The translations under genes and the position numbers were made by a program. From positions 1 through 38,240 of the forward strand of contig JBILLK010000049.1 in NCBI GenBank assembly GCA_044376115.1: DNA of 38,240 nt, in the 5' to 3' direction. The notes beneath the pieces were generated by a model that did no database searches, was not told where the DNA came from, and worked only from the letters and a program-made list of their open reading frames with translations. Positions 9,235-19,372 of this stretch are shown piece by piece (the stretch's first letter is position 1; the number at the start of each line of letters is the position of its first letter). Source of the stretch: Polyangiaceae bacterium (GTDB lineage Bacteria; Myxococcota_A; Polyangia; Polyangiales; Polyangiaceae).

Positions 9235-9441
9235 CTAACAATCGCATAGACATCGCCCCTCAGTTCCCCTCGCTAGCGAGACTCTCCCTCGTTGCTCTCC
9301 CCCATTCGCAAGGCCCCTCGTGATGCGGCACTGGCCGCGGCGGCTCACTGCCAAATCGACGGTCCATCGCAAGAGCAGCTGGTGGGTGTGAGCGCATGGT
9401 AGGTTGAACACCCTCCCCTTGCGCCCTAGGCGCTCCACCGC

Positions 9442-9936
9442 ATGTACAGTGATTTGCTCGAGCTCTTGAGCGCTCTCGACGGCGTTCAGCAGAGCCCTCG
9501 GTTTCACCCTGAAGGTGACGCCCTCTTTCATTCGCTCCAGGTTTACGAGCTCGCTCGCAGCGCCACGGCCGATCGCGCCTTGTGGGCAGCGGCCCTGCTC
9601 CACGATGTCGGCAAAGCGGTGAACTCGGCGGACCATGCTCGGATTGGCGCCGAGTTGCTCGATGGCACCGTCTCGCCGCGCATCGTTTGGCTGGTGCGTC
9701 ACCACCTCGATTTGTTGGAAGCGCCAGCGCGGACCAAGCGGCGTTTGCGCGGCACGGCCGCCCTTCATGATCTGCAGCGGGTGCGCGCCTGGGACGTTGG
9801 CGGCCGCAAGCCCTACGCAGCGGGTCCGCACCTAGAAGCAGCGCTGGAAACGCTGCTTGCACCAGGTTTCGAAACTCTCACCGCGCAGCACGGCGAGCCG
9901 GCGCCGCTTACCGATCATGAGGAGTCCTACTTCTGA
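9442..9936 (+). CDS. HD domain-containing phosphohydrolase
   Basis: QSPRFHPEGDALFHS, ALLHDVGK, H-RIG, LVRHH, WD-GGR motifs. Confidence 0.9.
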   Translation: MYSDLLELLSALDGVQQSPRFHPEGDALFHSLQVYELARSATADRALWAAALLHDVGKAVNSADHARIGAELLDGTVSPRIVWLVRHHLDLLEAPARTKRRLRGTAALHDLQRVRAWDVGGRKPYAAGPHLEAALETLLAPGFETLTAQHGEPAPLTDHEESYF

Positions 9937-10255
9937 GCCACGACTAATCTTCACCGCCAGTCTCGACCGCGTTGCAGCCACCGCGACGCCTTGGGCGTGC
10001 AGTTCGCCCGATCCCCGACGACAAGCGCTCGCCGCGGCGCTTCGCCGAGCGGTCGCTGAGGTGCTCACCGACAAGCAGCGCGAGGTCGTGGAGGCGTACT
10101 TCTTCCAGGGCGAGTCGCAAGGCGAGATCGCCCGCCGCTTGGGCATCACGCAACAAGTCGTGAACAAGCGCCTGTTCGGCGCGCCACGTGGAGAGAAGTT
10201 GGTAGGCGGCGCGATTGCGCGCTTGCGACAGGCACTGGCCGTCGCCGCACCATGA
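9917..10255 (+). CDS. Sigma70 region-4-like HTH protein lacking region 2
   Basis: LTDKQREVVEAYFFQGESQGEIARRLGITQQVV; probable ATG 9917 overlaps the HD gene end; stop overlaps the next ATG. Confidence 0.82.
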   Translation: MRSPTSEPRLIFTASLDRVAATATPWACSSPDPRRQALAAALRRAVAEVLTDKQREVVEAYFFQGESQGEIARRLGITQQVVNKRLFGAPRGEKLVGGAIARLRQALAVAAP

Positions 10256-11064
10256 GCCACGAGCGAGCTGGCGGCTTACGCGCAACCATCGCCCGAGAAG
10301 CGGCGCGCTTGATGTACGAGGAGGAAGTGAAGGAGTACTTCACGGCAAAGCGTATGGCGGCCAAACGGCTGCTCGGCCGCGTGGAAGGTCGGCGGCTCCA
10401 CCATCGGCCGCAGGACCTTCCCTCCAACGGCGAGATTCGCGACGCGCTATTGGCGCTGGCCCGTGCCACCGAAGGCAAGGGTCGCACGCTGAAGCTCTTC
10501 GCCATGCGCGTCGTGGCGCTAGAAACGATGGCCAAGCTGCGTGAATTCGAACCAAGGCTGATCGGTAGTGTATCGACGGGTCACATCCGGCGCGGCAGCG
10601 ACATCGACATCTCGCTCTTCTGCGATGACGAGGAGCGGGTCGAGCTGCGCCTGTTGGAGCTCGGCTGGAGCTTCGAGACCGAGCGCGTGAGCATTCACAA
10701 GTTCGGGGAGATCCGCGAGTACCTCCACCATCAGATCGACGAGCGATTCCGCGTCGAACTCACGGTGTATCCCAAACGTGAGCTGCGCTTTCGGCCGCGC
10801 AGCTCGACCGACGGCCTACCGATTTTACGCATCACCGAGCACGCGCTGGAGACGCTGCTCGAACGCGAGCACGCAGTGGCGTTCCAGCGTTATCGCGATA
10901 CCGGCGAGATCGCTGGGCTCTCCGGAGCACCGGAGTTCGACGATGGAGAGGACGAAGCGTATGGTGACTTCGTCCCTTGCATCGCAGAGCCCGGGGACGC
11001 CGAGGACCCAACGCAGTTGTACGACCCGTTGCCCGGATTCGAGCACCTAGGCCAGTCCGGCTAA
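10252..11064 (+). CDS. Minimal (Pol beta superfamily) nucleotidyltransferase
   Basis: IAREAARLMY..EY-TAK N-terminal helices, LPSN-EIR, PRLIGSVSTG....SDIDI catalytic motif; acidic tail. Confidence 0.9.
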   Translation: MSHERAGGLRATIAREAARLMYEEEVKEYFTAKRMAAKRLLGRVEGRRLHHRPQDLPSNGEIRDALLALARATEGKGRTLKLFAMRVVALETMAKLREFEPRLIGSVSTGHIRRGSDIDISLFCDDEERVELRLLELGWSFETERVSIHKFGEIREYLHHQIDERFRVELTVYPKRELRFRPRSSTDGLPILRITEHALETLLEREHAVAFQRYRDTGEIAGLSGAPEFDDGEDEAYGDFVPCIAEPGDAEDPTQLYDPLPGFEHLGQSG

Positions 11065-11099
11065 ATCGCGGCAGCGCCGCAACGACCGCGCCAGCGACT

Positions 11100-11148
11100 A
11101 TCGAGTTCGAGCGCTTCCTTTCCTACTCGCCGCGACCGAACTCTCGAT
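11100..11148. terminator. Imperfect inverted repeat between convergent genes
   Basis: ATCGAGTTCG (11100-11109) pairs with CGAACTCTCGAT (11137-11148) with a 2-nt bulge; long loop and no U-tract. Confidence 0.3.
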
Positions 11149-11150
11149 CC

Positions 11151-13691
11151 TCACCGCGGGAGACACAACAAATTCTCGCCCTTCACGGCACACGGCCTAC
11201 CGGACACGATGCGTACATCCGTCGTGCCGGCGAGCCCCCGCATCAGCGTTGGAAGCAGGAAGTTGCCGTGCTGAAATACGCCCCAACAATAGACCCCCTC
11301 CTCGCCGTCCTTTGGGCTTGCCCTAACGCAGGTTCCGTCATCCTTCGCACTCATCCGTTGTACGCTGGTGAGCGAATCCACCCGTGTCAGGTCATTGGCG
11401 TCTGCGAATTCAGCGCGGCCGAGTCGCTCACCTCGACCGGCACACGAAACCGTCCCTGCATTGTGAAGGACGCACCAATGCTCGATGCCAATGCCAAAGG
11501 ACTTTACGTCCGACGCTACGGGCTGCAGCGGGGCCTTCGCGCTCAGTTCCACGTCGGGCTCGAGCATCGACCCCCTGCACGAAAGCTCGCCCAGCGGAGA
11601 AAGCTTACAGGCAAACTCACCGTAGATTGAACTGGCAGAACTGCCTGAACTCAACGGCGGAACTGGCCCCGCTGCGTCAGGTACATGGCTGGATTCAGGG
11701 AAGCCCGTGAGCAGAAGTGGGTCCCAAAGAAGCACGGTCGTATCCGCTGAGCCCGTCGCGAGCACGCCTTCAACCGAAAATGCGAGCGATGTGACCGCAG
11801 CCGAGTGGCCCCTCAGTTGCGCTACGAACCTAGCCTCGGCGACGTCGCCTTGCTTGGGAAGTTCCCACAAATAGACGTTGTCGGGATAGAAGCGGCCCTC
11901 GTCACGGGCGCTCGCGAAGTAACGCCCATCGGAGCTTACCGCGGCGTGCGAACAGAGGCCGCGAACTCCAAGGGCGAACGCCTCCTCCATGCTCGGGAGC
12001 TTGCGCACGGAAACGCCTCGCACCGGATCGCAGAGCAGCAGCCGCTCGTCATCGATGAACATCGCCGTTCCGCCAATGCTCTCGATCGTCGCCTCGACCG
12101 CGAGCGTCGCGGTGCTGATGATCTGGAGTTCCGTGCGGTTATTCTTGCCGAGGAGTTTGAGAGCGAGGCGCTCGTTACCAGGCGAAAGGGTGAGCCCGTT
12201 CGGCCTCCCACGACGTAGCGGAACGCTGCGAGCGACCTTCCCATCGGCGTGAAGCACGTCGAGCCAGGTCTCCTCTTCGATCAACGTCGACGCATAAATG
12301 CGCCTTCCGTCGCTGCTCGCTGCGACGTTGCGCGGCTCGGCATCCACCATGAGCCGCACCTTCTTGCCGTTCGGCTCCCGCAACACCAAGCCCTTCCCGA
12401 CCATAATCAAGCTGCCATCTCCGCGTGCCGCCTGAAATTCGGACGTCTGCATCCTGGTGCTCTCCAGCCGCTCGCAAGTAGCTGTGTCCCAAACTCGCAA
12501 GTAGCCATCTGAGCTGTAGAGTTTCGTACCGCGCGCGCCAAACGCGAGCGAGTCGACTGCGTCGCGATGACCCTCGTCAACGACGCGCCCTTCGTGGATG
12601 ACTAAGCCTGTGCGACGAAGGGATCGCCTACCGTCCTCGCTGCGAGCCACGTGGTCCTCCGCCTCGAGACGCTTTCCATCGGCGAGGTCGATGACGAGTC
12701 CCACCCCGATGCGTGCCGTACCGGCGCTCAGCATCGTGAGCTTCGAGTCCTTGCCCAGCTGCACCTCCTCGTTCGCTGGGACGATGCTCTCCGCCTTCGT
12801 CGCAAGGTCCAAGGTACTGAGGGCTCCTGGCTGGAGCCGGTAGACCTTGAGGCCGTCGAGCGAGAGGCCATACACATGCTCGCCTGGAAAGGGTCCGGCG
12901 CCGCGCGATCGCTTCACCGTCGGGTTCTTGAACAGGTAGGTCGTGAGCTTCACTCCGCGCGTGAGGTCCCACACAATGACGCCTGCATCGGCGACAGGGA
13001 TGCCAGCCGGACCGAGTTTCTCGATCGCGATCGCTGCTCGCGACCCGTCTCGGCTCAAGCCCGCGAGGCCGCCCTGAACGTTCGGGATCGATCGCAGCAG
13101 CTTGCCTTGGTCGTCGAAAACGTTGAGCTCCCCTGCCGTCGTCGTGACGATCAATCGAGAGCCGTCCTGCGAGAACTCCACGCGATCGATCCAGTTTGAC
13201 CTACCGGGTGCAGTACGAGCACTCAGATCGATCTTCGTGGAGGTCAGCTGGGAACCCGTTTGCGTCTCGTAGACAGTAACTTCGCCCTCCCACCCGCCAG
13301 CCAGCAACTTGGTTGCATCTGAACTGAAGGCTGCGGACCTCACGCTCGGGAGCGCGGCAAGCCGGTTGCCGCTACGCAGGTCCATCAGCTTGTAATCGTC
13401 TGTGAATGCAAGCACCGTCCCGTCGTTCGCGATGGCAAGCATCGTGCGTTCGGATGCACGCATTGCCGACGAGCCGCAGCGAGCAATTGCGCCCTTTGGC
13501 AGTGGCGGTCCATTGGACGCTGCGAACCTCGACCCAGCGAAGCGAGACTTCGGCAGGTCTACCTCAGCGGACACCGAGGCTCGCTCGGTTCCGGTTCCTC
13601 GTGGCTCGACTGCTGGAGCTGCACACCCGAAGGCAAAACAAGCCAGCAAAAGAGCCCTTAGCGCCAAGCGCGACCGACGCGGACAGCGCAT
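11151..13691 (-). CDS. WD40-repeat lipoprotein with C-terminal RCC1-like repeats
   Basis: Probable ATG 13691 (MRCPRRSRLALRALLLACFAFGC); PLPKGAIARCG; GHSAAVTSLAFS...LATGSADTTVLLWD; HWCVLHNAGTVSCAG, GVYCWG. Confidence 0.85.
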   Translation of the reverse strand: MRCPRRSRLALRALLLACFAFGCAAPAVEPRGTGTERASVSAEVDLPKSRFAGSRFAASNGPPLPKGAIARCGSSAMRASERTMLAIANDGTVLAFTDDYKLMDLRSGNRLAALPSVRSAAFSSDATKLLAGGWEGEVTVYETQTGSQLTSTKIDLSARTAPGRSNWIDRVEFSQDGSRLIVTTTAGELNVFDDQGKLLRSIPNVQGGLAGLSRDGSRAAIAIEKLGPAGIPVADAGVIVWDLTRGVKLTTYLFKNPTVKRSRGAGPFPGEHVYGLSLDGLKVYRLQPGALSTLDLATKAESIVPANEEVQLGKDSKLTMLSAGTARIGVGLVIDLADGKRLEAEDHVARSEDGRRSLRRTGLVIHEGRVVDEGHRDAVDSLAFGARGTKLYSSDGYLRVWDTATCERLESTRMQTSEFQAARGDGSLIMVGKGLVLREPNGKKVRLMVDAEPRNVAASSDGRRIYASTLIEEETWLDVLHADGKVARSVPLRRGRPNGLTLSPGNERLALKLLGKNNRTELQIISTATLAVEATIESIGGTAMFIDDERLLLCDPVRGVSVRKLPSMEEAFALGVRGLCSHAAVSSDGRYFASARDEGRFYPDNVYLWELPKQGDVAEARFVAQLRGHSAAVTSLAFSVEGVLATGSADTTVLLWDPLLLTGFPESSHVPDAAGPVPPLSSGSSASSIYGEFACKLSPLGELSCRGSMLEPDVELSAKAPLQPVASDVKSFGIGIEHWCVLHNAGTVSCAGRGERLGRAEFADANDLTRVDSLTSVQRMSAKDDGTCVRASPKDGEEGVYCWGVFQHGNFLLPTLMRGLAGTTDVRIVSGRPCAVKGENLLCLPR

Positions 13692-13983
13692 CACGCCGCG
13701 AGCAGGCGGTCGATCGCCGGCAGGACGACCGCGCGCACGGTTTGGTTGCGGACGAAGGCCAGCGCGACACCCGCACCGCGTAGCGCGCGCCCCCGCCAGT
13801 GGAAGCCAGGCGCCGCGGGTCCTACAGGCGCGCTGGCGCAAGCGGATACCGAGGCACCGAGCCTCTTCACGGCGAGCACGCGTTGGGCGAAGTGGTCGGT
13901 TCGCGGGTCCATGGGACGAGGTTACACTGGGCTCTCCCGCGGCCAAGCATCGCCGCTGCGGCGACCTGCCGAACCGTTATGGC

Positions 13984-15150
13984 TCACTCGAAGCGAGCGA
14001 AGAACGTCTCGGCCTGCGACATCATGTGGATCCCGTCGAGGGACGCTCCGCCGGCGCTGTAGACGACGCCATCGAAGATCGGTGCTTGGTGGCAATGCGC
14101 TCGCGCGATGGGGAGCTCGCTGGGCAAGTTCTCGAAGGCACCGACGGTCCCATCGGCTTGGAAGGGCGCTCGTTGCACGCGGCCGATGAAGTCACCCGTG
14201 TCACTCGTCCCCTCGAGCCCGAACACGAGATAGAGCGCGTCGTCGTGCGCGAACGCTGCGTGGACCGCCAATGGACTCGGCACCTGCCCTACGACCGCCC
14301 AGCTCCCGAGCGAACCGTCAGCGCCGATCTCGGAGCGCAGGACATCCTTGAAGTTCTGGTCCTCGTACGGGAATGGATCACCATCGAAGCGGTTCAACCC
14401 GCCAACGACGTAGAGCGCGTTGTCGTGGGCTACGAGAGCGTGGTGGCTCCGAGGCTCGGGGAGCGGCGTGTCGAGCTCCCAGCTGCCCACCCCACCCTCC
14501 TCCGTGAACGTCGCGCGCTCGACCGACGCTTGGCTCGTTCCGCCGGCCTGGATACCACCAACGACGTAGACGTGATCCTTGGCTGCGGCGAGGGCGACAT
14601 GGAAGCGCGGTGCGTTCAACTCGGGCCCGTCTTCGAAGCTGATGGCCCCATCGGCTTGCACCGTGCCGAGGTCCGTGCTCGTGCTGGGCCCGCCGTTCGA
14701 TCGAAGGCCGCCGGCGATCAGCACGCGCGACCCAACTTGCGCCACGCCGGGACCGAGCGTGACCAAGCTCCCGACGGTCTCGAAGTTCCCGAGGCTACCG
14801 TCCTCGAGGATTGGCGCGCGCTCGATCTCCGGCACGACGGCCTCCATGTCGACGACGCCGCCCAGGACGTAGAGGTGTGGACCGGCTTCCGACTCCGCGA
14901 TGAAGCTCGCGTGATGGTCGCGCGCGTGCGCGAGGCTCGGTGCTGCTTGCCAAGCGCCGAGGGTCGTCACGCAGGCTCCCCCTTCGTCGTGACTGCCAGC
15001 GGGGCAACCGCCGCCGCTACCGCCGCCTCCTAACTCTGCGCCAGCACCGCCCCCTTGCGCGGCACCTCCGCTGGACTCGACGCCGTCATCGCATGCGGCA
15101 CCAACCGCGCTGAAACAGGCCCATAGGGCTACGACAATGTGGGATCGCAT
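13984..15150 (-). CDS. Kelch-repeat lipoprotein
   Basis: GAAC lipobox, Gly linker, repeats LYVLGG / VLIAGG / VYVVGG / LYVVGG with PR-HH motifs. Confidence 0.9.
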   Translation of the reverse strand: MRSHIVVALWACFSAVGAACDDGVESSGGAAQGGGAGAELGGGGSGGGCPAGSHDEGGACVTTLGAWQAAPSLAHARDHHASFIAESEAGPHLYVLGGVVDMEAVVPEIERAPILEDGSLGNFETVGSLVTLGPGVAQVGSRVLIAGGLRSNGGPSTSTDLGTVQADGAISFEDGPELNAPRFHVALAAAKDHVYVVGGIQAGGTSQASVERATFTEEGGVGSWELDTPLPEPRSHHALVAHDNALYVVGGLNRFDGDPFPYEDQNFKDVLRSEIGADGSLGSWAVVGQVPSPLAVHAAFAHDDALYLVFGLEGTSDTGDFIGRVQRAPFQADGTVGAFENLPSELPIARAHCHQAPIFDGVVYSAGGASLDGIHMMSQAETFFARFE

Positions 15151-15258
15151 GGTGCCCGCGTAGGCAGGAACCGCGCCAACGAAATTCGCCGAAGAAACCC
15201 GGCCATCACTCGCAGCGCGGACTGGACCGTGAAGAACGTAACGGGCGAACGCCCGCCC

Positions 15259-16275
15259 TCACGGGTAGTCGCCGGCCGAGGGCGTGGGCAGCGACGCGGG
15301 CATCACCTTTGTCGCCGGCTTGCTCGAGCCTTCAGCCTTCGTCGAGGTTGTGGGCTTGGCCGGTCTCACGGGCTTGCGAACGGGCGCCCCGGGTGCGGGT
15401 TGAGCGGCGGTCGCACTTCCGTCGCGTTCACTCGCGAGCCGCGTGAAGGCGGTGAGCATCGTCCCTTCGGGCCCCATCATCGACTGTGGGAGCTTGCCGT
15501 CCCACCGCTGGATCGCTTGGTAGAGGAGGAACTCCACCGACAGCCGCTCGGAGAGCGCCGCGATGCCGCGCGCCTCCATCTCCTGCTCGATGCGTTGCAC
15601 CTCCGCGGCTCCGCGCGCCAGCGCCACGCGGTTCGCCGCCTCGGCCTCGTTCTCCCGGAGCTCGTTCTCCCGCTGCTGCGCGCGTTGAGAGGCGGCGATC
15701 TTCCGGTCGATCGCCTCGACGACGGCAGGTGGCAGACGAAACTCCCCGATCAGGTGGATCTGCTCCACCTTGATCCCGACGGGCGCGACCTGCTTGCGAA
15801 CCTCCTCGTTGACCTGCTGAAGGAAGAGCTCCTTCTTCGCGCCGTAGACCTCCTCCACGCTCATCGTCGCCGCGATGCGCGAGCAGGCATCAGCGACGAT
15901 GTGACGCAGGAACGTGTCGGTGATCTCTTCGATGCCACGCCGGTAGGTCTGAAATAGCTTCGTCACCTTCGTTTCGTCGATCTGGTAGCTCATACCGACG
16001 TCGACCCCGATCGAGAGGCCCTCGTTCGTCTGGAAGCGCACCCCGCCCTCGGGTCGCTGCCATGCGACGTTCTGCTGAAAGACGGGGAACTTGTAGATCT
16101 CCTCGGTCGCCGGGGAGTACGCGTAGCGCCCAATCCCGAGCTCCCTCACCTCGTTCCCATCCGAGTCCCCGTAGTAGTAGACCTTCACCCCGCGGTACCC
16201 CGCTGGGATCGTCGCGCACCCCGTGAGCCCCATCACCAGCGCGAGCGCGCCTACCATCTTGCTGATCACGTGCAT
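15259..16275 (-). CDS. SPFH / band 7 / prohibitin-domain lipoprotein
   Basis: LTGC--IPAGYRGVKV, FQTNEGLSIGVDVGMSY, RLPPAVVEAIDRKI, coiled coil, IQRWDGKLP; GAGGAGG ribosome-binding site. Confidence 0.92.
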   Translation of the reverse strand: MHVISKMVGALALVMGLTGCATIPAGYRGVKVYYYGDSDGNEVRELGIGRYAYSPATEEIYKFPVFQQNVAWQRPEGGVRFQTNEGLSIGVDVGMSYQIDETKVTKLFQTYRRGIEEITDTFLRHIVADACSRIAATMSVEEVYGAKKELFLQQVNEEVRKQVAPVGIKVEQIHLIGEFRLPPAVVEAIDRKIAASQRAQQRENELRENEAEAANRVALARGAAEVQRIEQEMEARGIAALSERLSVEFLLYQAIQRWDGKLPQSMMGPEGTMLTAFTRLASERDGSATAAQPAPGAPVRKPVRPAKPTTSTKAEGSSKPATKVMPASLPTPSAGDYP

Positions 16276-16423
16276 CTTCGCCCTCCTCGTCTCACTCCCC
16301 GTGAGCCCTCGAGTTGTGGGGCCAGGCTGCAGTGCGACAAGAAGTGCGCACCTAGAATCTTTCGTTTTCTCGCCTCAACAACCGAATAGTTCGATTTTCT
16401 CTACGCGACGAAAACGCGCTGGC

Positions 16424-17068
16424 TCACGGCTTGCCGGGTTCGACCTCGGGGGCCAGCACGGCCGCCTGCGTCCCACCCGGCGCCGCGCATCCGAGGCGCT
16501 CGTCGGTCGCCTCCACGGTGCAGCGCTGGCCGCTACAGACGACGACGAGCGTGCGTTCGCGCTCACCCCGCCGGAACACCAACGCTTTGGCGTTCGCGAC
16601 GACCACTTTGTTGGAGGCTTTGGACGATGCGCCGGCGGCCTCGACGAACCCCTCCGCAATGAATCTCTCTCGAAGGCGCGCCTCGAGCGCGGCTGAAGCC
16701 GCGCCTGGATCCGCGACGACGTGGCGCCCAGGCTCGTCGAACAGGCTCCGTTCGCGCTCGAAGGTGACCTGGCACGACTCGCCCTGCACGGCGTTGCCGC
16801 AGCGCAGGAGCCACCAAGATTTTGCGGGCGTCTCCTCGAGCGCCCCGGTTCGTTCGACGAGCCACAGGTCGGGATCGTCAGCGCTCGTGGGCCACAGGGC
16901 ATCCACGCCCGGCACGCCGCAGAGGGGCGGCGGGGCGATCTCCTCGAGTTCGGGGGCAACCTCGCGCGCCGTGCGGCCGCATGCCACGACAAAGACCGAC
17001 GACGCGAGGAGCCCGAGGGCGCGGGTCGCACACGAGCTGAAGCTCAACCCCCAAACCATCGAGGTCAT
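16424..17068 (-). CDS. Hypothetical lipoprotein (start uncertain)
   Basis: LLASSVFVVAC lipobox-like segment; protein-like body. Confidence 0.62.
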   Translation of the reverse strand: MTSMVWGLSFSSCATRALGLLASSVFVVACGRTAREVAPELEEIAPPPLCGVPGVDALWPTSADDPDLWLVERTGALEETPAKSWWLLRCGNAVQGESCQVTFERERSLFDEPGRHVVADPGAASAALEARLRERFIAEGFVEAAGASSKASNKVVVANAKALVFRRGERERTLVVVCSGQRCTVEATDERLGCAAPGGTQAAVLAPEVEPGKP

Positions 17069-17216
17069 GAAGAAGCTTTTCGCCACGCGAGGCACCGTAT
17101 CTTCGCCAAAGCGAACGAGCAATCCAGCAGGCGGGGCCGAGCGCCCAGAGCAGCGTCGTCATTCGAGTGCCGCCGGGGTGGCTTGTCAGCCTCGATCGGC
17201 CTGGTAGCTTCGCGCG

Positions 17217-19365
17217 ATGTCTCGCGCCGCGCTGTTGTCTGCTCTCTTCCTCGCTGGTTGCGCCGCTGCACCCTCGCCGCAGGCCCCGCGTGAGGTTCGG
17301 CGCGCGCCGCCGGTCGTCAGCGCAGCCCCCGAGGCCCCGCGCCCGCCCGTGGCGGTAGTACAACGCCTGCCGCGCTTGGATGGTGCGCGCTTCCTACTGA
17401 GCGAAGACGGCGCGCTGCTCGCCGTCCTCGGCACCTCGCTCAGCCTCGTCTCGACCGCCGACGGGACCGTTCGGGGCGCCTTCCCATCCTGCGTCGTCGA
17501 CGCGATCTTCGCCCCGGACGACGCGTCGATGATCGTGGTGGGCTGCCCCGAGCGCGCACTCCCGCCGGCGGAGGCTTCGCGCACTAGCGCGACCACGAAG
17601 ATCTGGCGCTGGGATCTTCGGCGTGACGAGGTCACAACGCTCGCCGAGGGCCCGTTCGAGCACGTGCGTGCGATGCCAAACCCCGACGAGGTACTGCTGT
17701 GGGGGAAGGATCGGGTGGCCGCCGCGCGCCTGCGCGACGGCGCGTTGCGGACCACGCTGACGGCGACGGGGACCAAGCGCAACGAACTAATGCAGGTGTC
17801 CCGCTCGGGGACGCGCGCCTTCGCCAGCGTGGACGACGAGTGGGGTCTGATCGACGAGGGTGGCTTTCGTAAGAGCTACGAAAACAAGCTGAGCCCCGAG
17901 CTCGATCTGTCGGCCGATATCAGGGAGAGCCGGCTGGAGCTGAAGCGCACGAGCGACGGTGTGTCGGTGGTCTCGATCGAGCTACAAGGCGCTGATCGTC
18001 TTCGGAATGCGTCGGGACGTCATTCGCACGTCGGATTGCAAAGAGCTCGGTCGCTTCGCTTTCGGCTTCGTGAACCCGCCAGCGACGAACGGCGCGCTGG
18101 ATCTGGTCTCGCTCGACGAGAAGGACGATGCTTTCGAGCTTCAGGTGCTCGCGGCGGGAAGTACCGCAGCACGCGCGGTCAGCGTCCCTGGCGGCGAGCC
18201 GCCCACGTTTGTCGGGCAGTACCGAGATTGGTTCTTGATCAAGGCGCCTCACCACTTTGACATCGCCTTCGACGCGAAGGCCAACCTCACCGTCGATGAG
18301 CCGAAGAGCGCCCCCATCGAGACCGTTGCAGGCATCCTCCACACCATCGACGCGCAAGGTCGGCGCACCCCCGTCACGGACAGCATCCCCTATCACGCCG
18401 TGGACCTGCTGTTGCTCGACAGCGCCGGCAAGGTGACGAAGCTGGCGCGCCCGGCCCAAATGGCCGAGCTGACGAAATGGGGAAGCGGGTGCGAGGCGAG
18501 CCCGGATCGCAGCCGGGTGCGCTGTTGGCGGCATATCAAGACGTTCGAGGAGGAATCGTGGATTTGGGATCAGCGCGGCAAACTGCTGGGCAGCTTCAAG
18601 GACAGGACCGTTCGCTTCTCGAACGACGGGGCTCGCATCCTAACGATCGATTTCGATAACGCGAGGCTGCTCGATGCCGCTTCGCTGCGCGAGATTCGGT
18701 CGGAGAAGCAGGACGGCTTCAACAGCGTCTCCTTCAGTCCGGACGGTTCGCTCGTGGCGTGGAGCACGGTCGGCTTGGTCGACGCAAAATCAGGGGCCAC
18801 GCTATGGGGTGACGCCGGCACCTTCTTCAATGGATTTTTGCCGGGTTCAGCGCTCCGCGTAGCCACGCACGAGGGGGACGCGCATGGGCCCGTTGCGATC
18901 CGCGAGGGGCGCACCGGCGCGCTGCTCCATGCCTTCGAGGCAGAGAGCCGCATCGTCCAGTCCTCCGAAGACGGCAACCGGCTGCTCCTGCGATATCTCG
19001 ACAAGAACCACCACGTCTTTGACGTCGCGCGCTCGGCCGAGGTGGCTGTGCTCGGTCGCGCCGAGCTCGCCCAGCTCACCTTCGATGGCCAGTTCAGCCT
19101 CGTTGATTTCGGTTACGGGATCGTGGCGCGACGGCTCGCGGATGGGGTCGAGCTCGTCTTCCTCCCCTCGGCCGAAAAGAAGACGCCCGGCCTCGCCTTC
19201 ACCCGCGACGGCCTGTTCGATGGAGGGCTCGAGGCCCTTCAGGCCGTACGCATTCGTGAGGGCGGTATCCGCGACGGGAAGCTGCGCGGCGCGATGGCGT
19301 CCGACCCGGGCTATCGCCCTGGTCTCGTGGCCGATTTCTGGGCGGGCAAGCCGCTCGCTCGCTGA
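17217..19365 (+). pseudogene. Beta-propeller (WD40-like) lipoprotein, frameshifted near 17985
   Basis: The N-part (LAGC lipobox) is in the 17217 frame and the C-part in the 17959 frame; both align with the adjacent paralog 19373-21760. Confidence 0.82.
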
Positions 19366-19372
19366 GGTTTAC

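Noticed and set aside
9380..9420. tRNA gene (GGTTGAACACC resembles a T-arm)
   Set aside because: Lacks the TTCRA T-loop and I could not build a cloverleaf; kept only as a possible structured leader.
9917..10255. Complete ECF sigma factor
   Set aside because: Only a region-4-like HTH is present; the ORF is too short and has no region 2.
13692..13946. N-terminal extensions in the ORF track (also 18884-19372, 22902-23342, 31324-31563, 31390-31548)
   Set aside because: Low-complexity Arg-rich sequence, often overlapping neighbours; signal peptides begin at the downstream ATGs.
13402..15033. 543-aa plus-strand ORF and similar long shadow ORFs (19199-20437, 22604-23821, 31567-32751, 31908-33209)
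   Set aside because: Arg/Ala/Pro-rich antisense or off-frame shadows of well-supported genes, as expected in high-GC DNA.
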